From a virus, in IMG/VR virus record IMGVR_UViG_3300048913_000259, positions 1-58,072 of that record: DNA of 58,072 nucleotides, one strand, 5' to 3'. Shown in pieces: positions 57,823 to 58,072 of this stretch (positions within the stretch are counted from its first letter, which is position 1; each line of letters starts with the position of its first letter). Under the pieces are notes generated by a model. The model was not told the origin of the DNA. It saw only the letters and a program-made list of their open reading frames with translations, and did not search any database. The position numbers were made by a program, and so were the translations under genes.

Positions 57823-58072
57823 GTTGGGCTCCGGGTTGCTATGGCCGCGTCCATCGCGCGGTCCAGGTCTTCCTTCGTGGGGGAATGGCAGGCGTCCAGG
57901 ATCGGGCCTATCACGTCTTCCATCGCCTTGCGGGCCGGCTCGTCCTGGGCGGCCGTGAACTCGCACCAGGCGCGCCAGCGGCCGGCGTCGGCGTCCAGGC
58001 TGGCCAGCTGGCGGCCGGCTTCCTTGCAGGCCCATTCAACAGCGGCCATCCAGATGCCTTGCGCACGCGCGG
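57819..58072 (-). CDS. 3' portion of the junction-spanning gene (same gene as 1..281)
   Basis: The frame is open to the window end. The track Met at 58049 is internal once the circular sequence is joined. Confidence 0.6.
   Translation of the reverse strand, partial: ARAQGIWMAAVEWACKEAGRQLASLDADAGRWRAWCEFTAAQDEPARKAMEDVIGPILDACHSPTKEDLDRAMDAAIATRSPT
57946..58072. repeat. Second copy of the 127-bp terminal duplication
   Basis: Identical to 1..127. Confidence 0.95.

Overview
The window is one complete, circularly closed (or circularly permuted) genome of a high-GC tailed phage. Bases 1-127 are identical to bases 57946-58072, so the unique length is 57,945 bp, and one gene is split across the window ends.

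Gene content and order resemble the Burkholderia Bcep22/BcepIL02 type of podophage, which has been described as carrying a >4,600-aa virion protein. This comparison is from memory and was not searched.

About 52 kb is read on the minus strand:
- An early-left operon starts at 9921, crosses the window junction, and ends at 56022. It encodes an HTH regulator, a replication organiser, a DnaQ-like exonuclease, a DUF2829 fusion, DUF1064, DUF1364, a sigma-region-4-like regulator and many small ORFs.
- A leader containing a promoter and two intrinsic terminators follows.
- One long late operon runs from 55604 to 15115. In order it encodes TerS, TerL, portal, scaffold, major capsid, head/tail adaptor proteins, two tail fibres, a lysis cassette with embedded spanins, internal virion proteins and a 4,825-aa polyvalent protein.

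Only a 5-kb recombination module (Erf, YqaJ-like exonuclease, NinB-like and others; 10068..14995) is on the plus strand. It meets the giant gene at a bidirectional terminator.

I recognised no integrase, DNA polymerase, tRNA, rRNA or CRISPR array.

Main observations for follow-up:
1. A well-formed out-of-frame ORF with its own Shine-Dalgarno (SD) site lies inside the giant gene (22179..22553). Across it, the codon-position GC signature switches frame.
2. The giant protein combines ParB-like, SNF2-type helicase, N6-adenine methyltransferase (MTase) and zincin elements, like a DarB-type polyvalent protein.
3. The late-operon leader has a lambda PR'-tR'-like layout.
4. Two promoters share TATTGCA inverted-repeat operators.
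5. A Tad2-like DUF2829 fusion protein is present.
6. Hexamer usage is strongly skewed: CTGCAG and CTGGAG are essentially absent, and CTCGAG is about 8-fold over-represented, through context-dependent synonymous codon choice.

Most long ORFs in the six-frame track are GC-driven artefacts (Arg/Ala/Gly/Pro-rich) and are not reported. Many track starts were trimmed to the first start codon that has an SD site or a stop/start overlap with the upstream gene.
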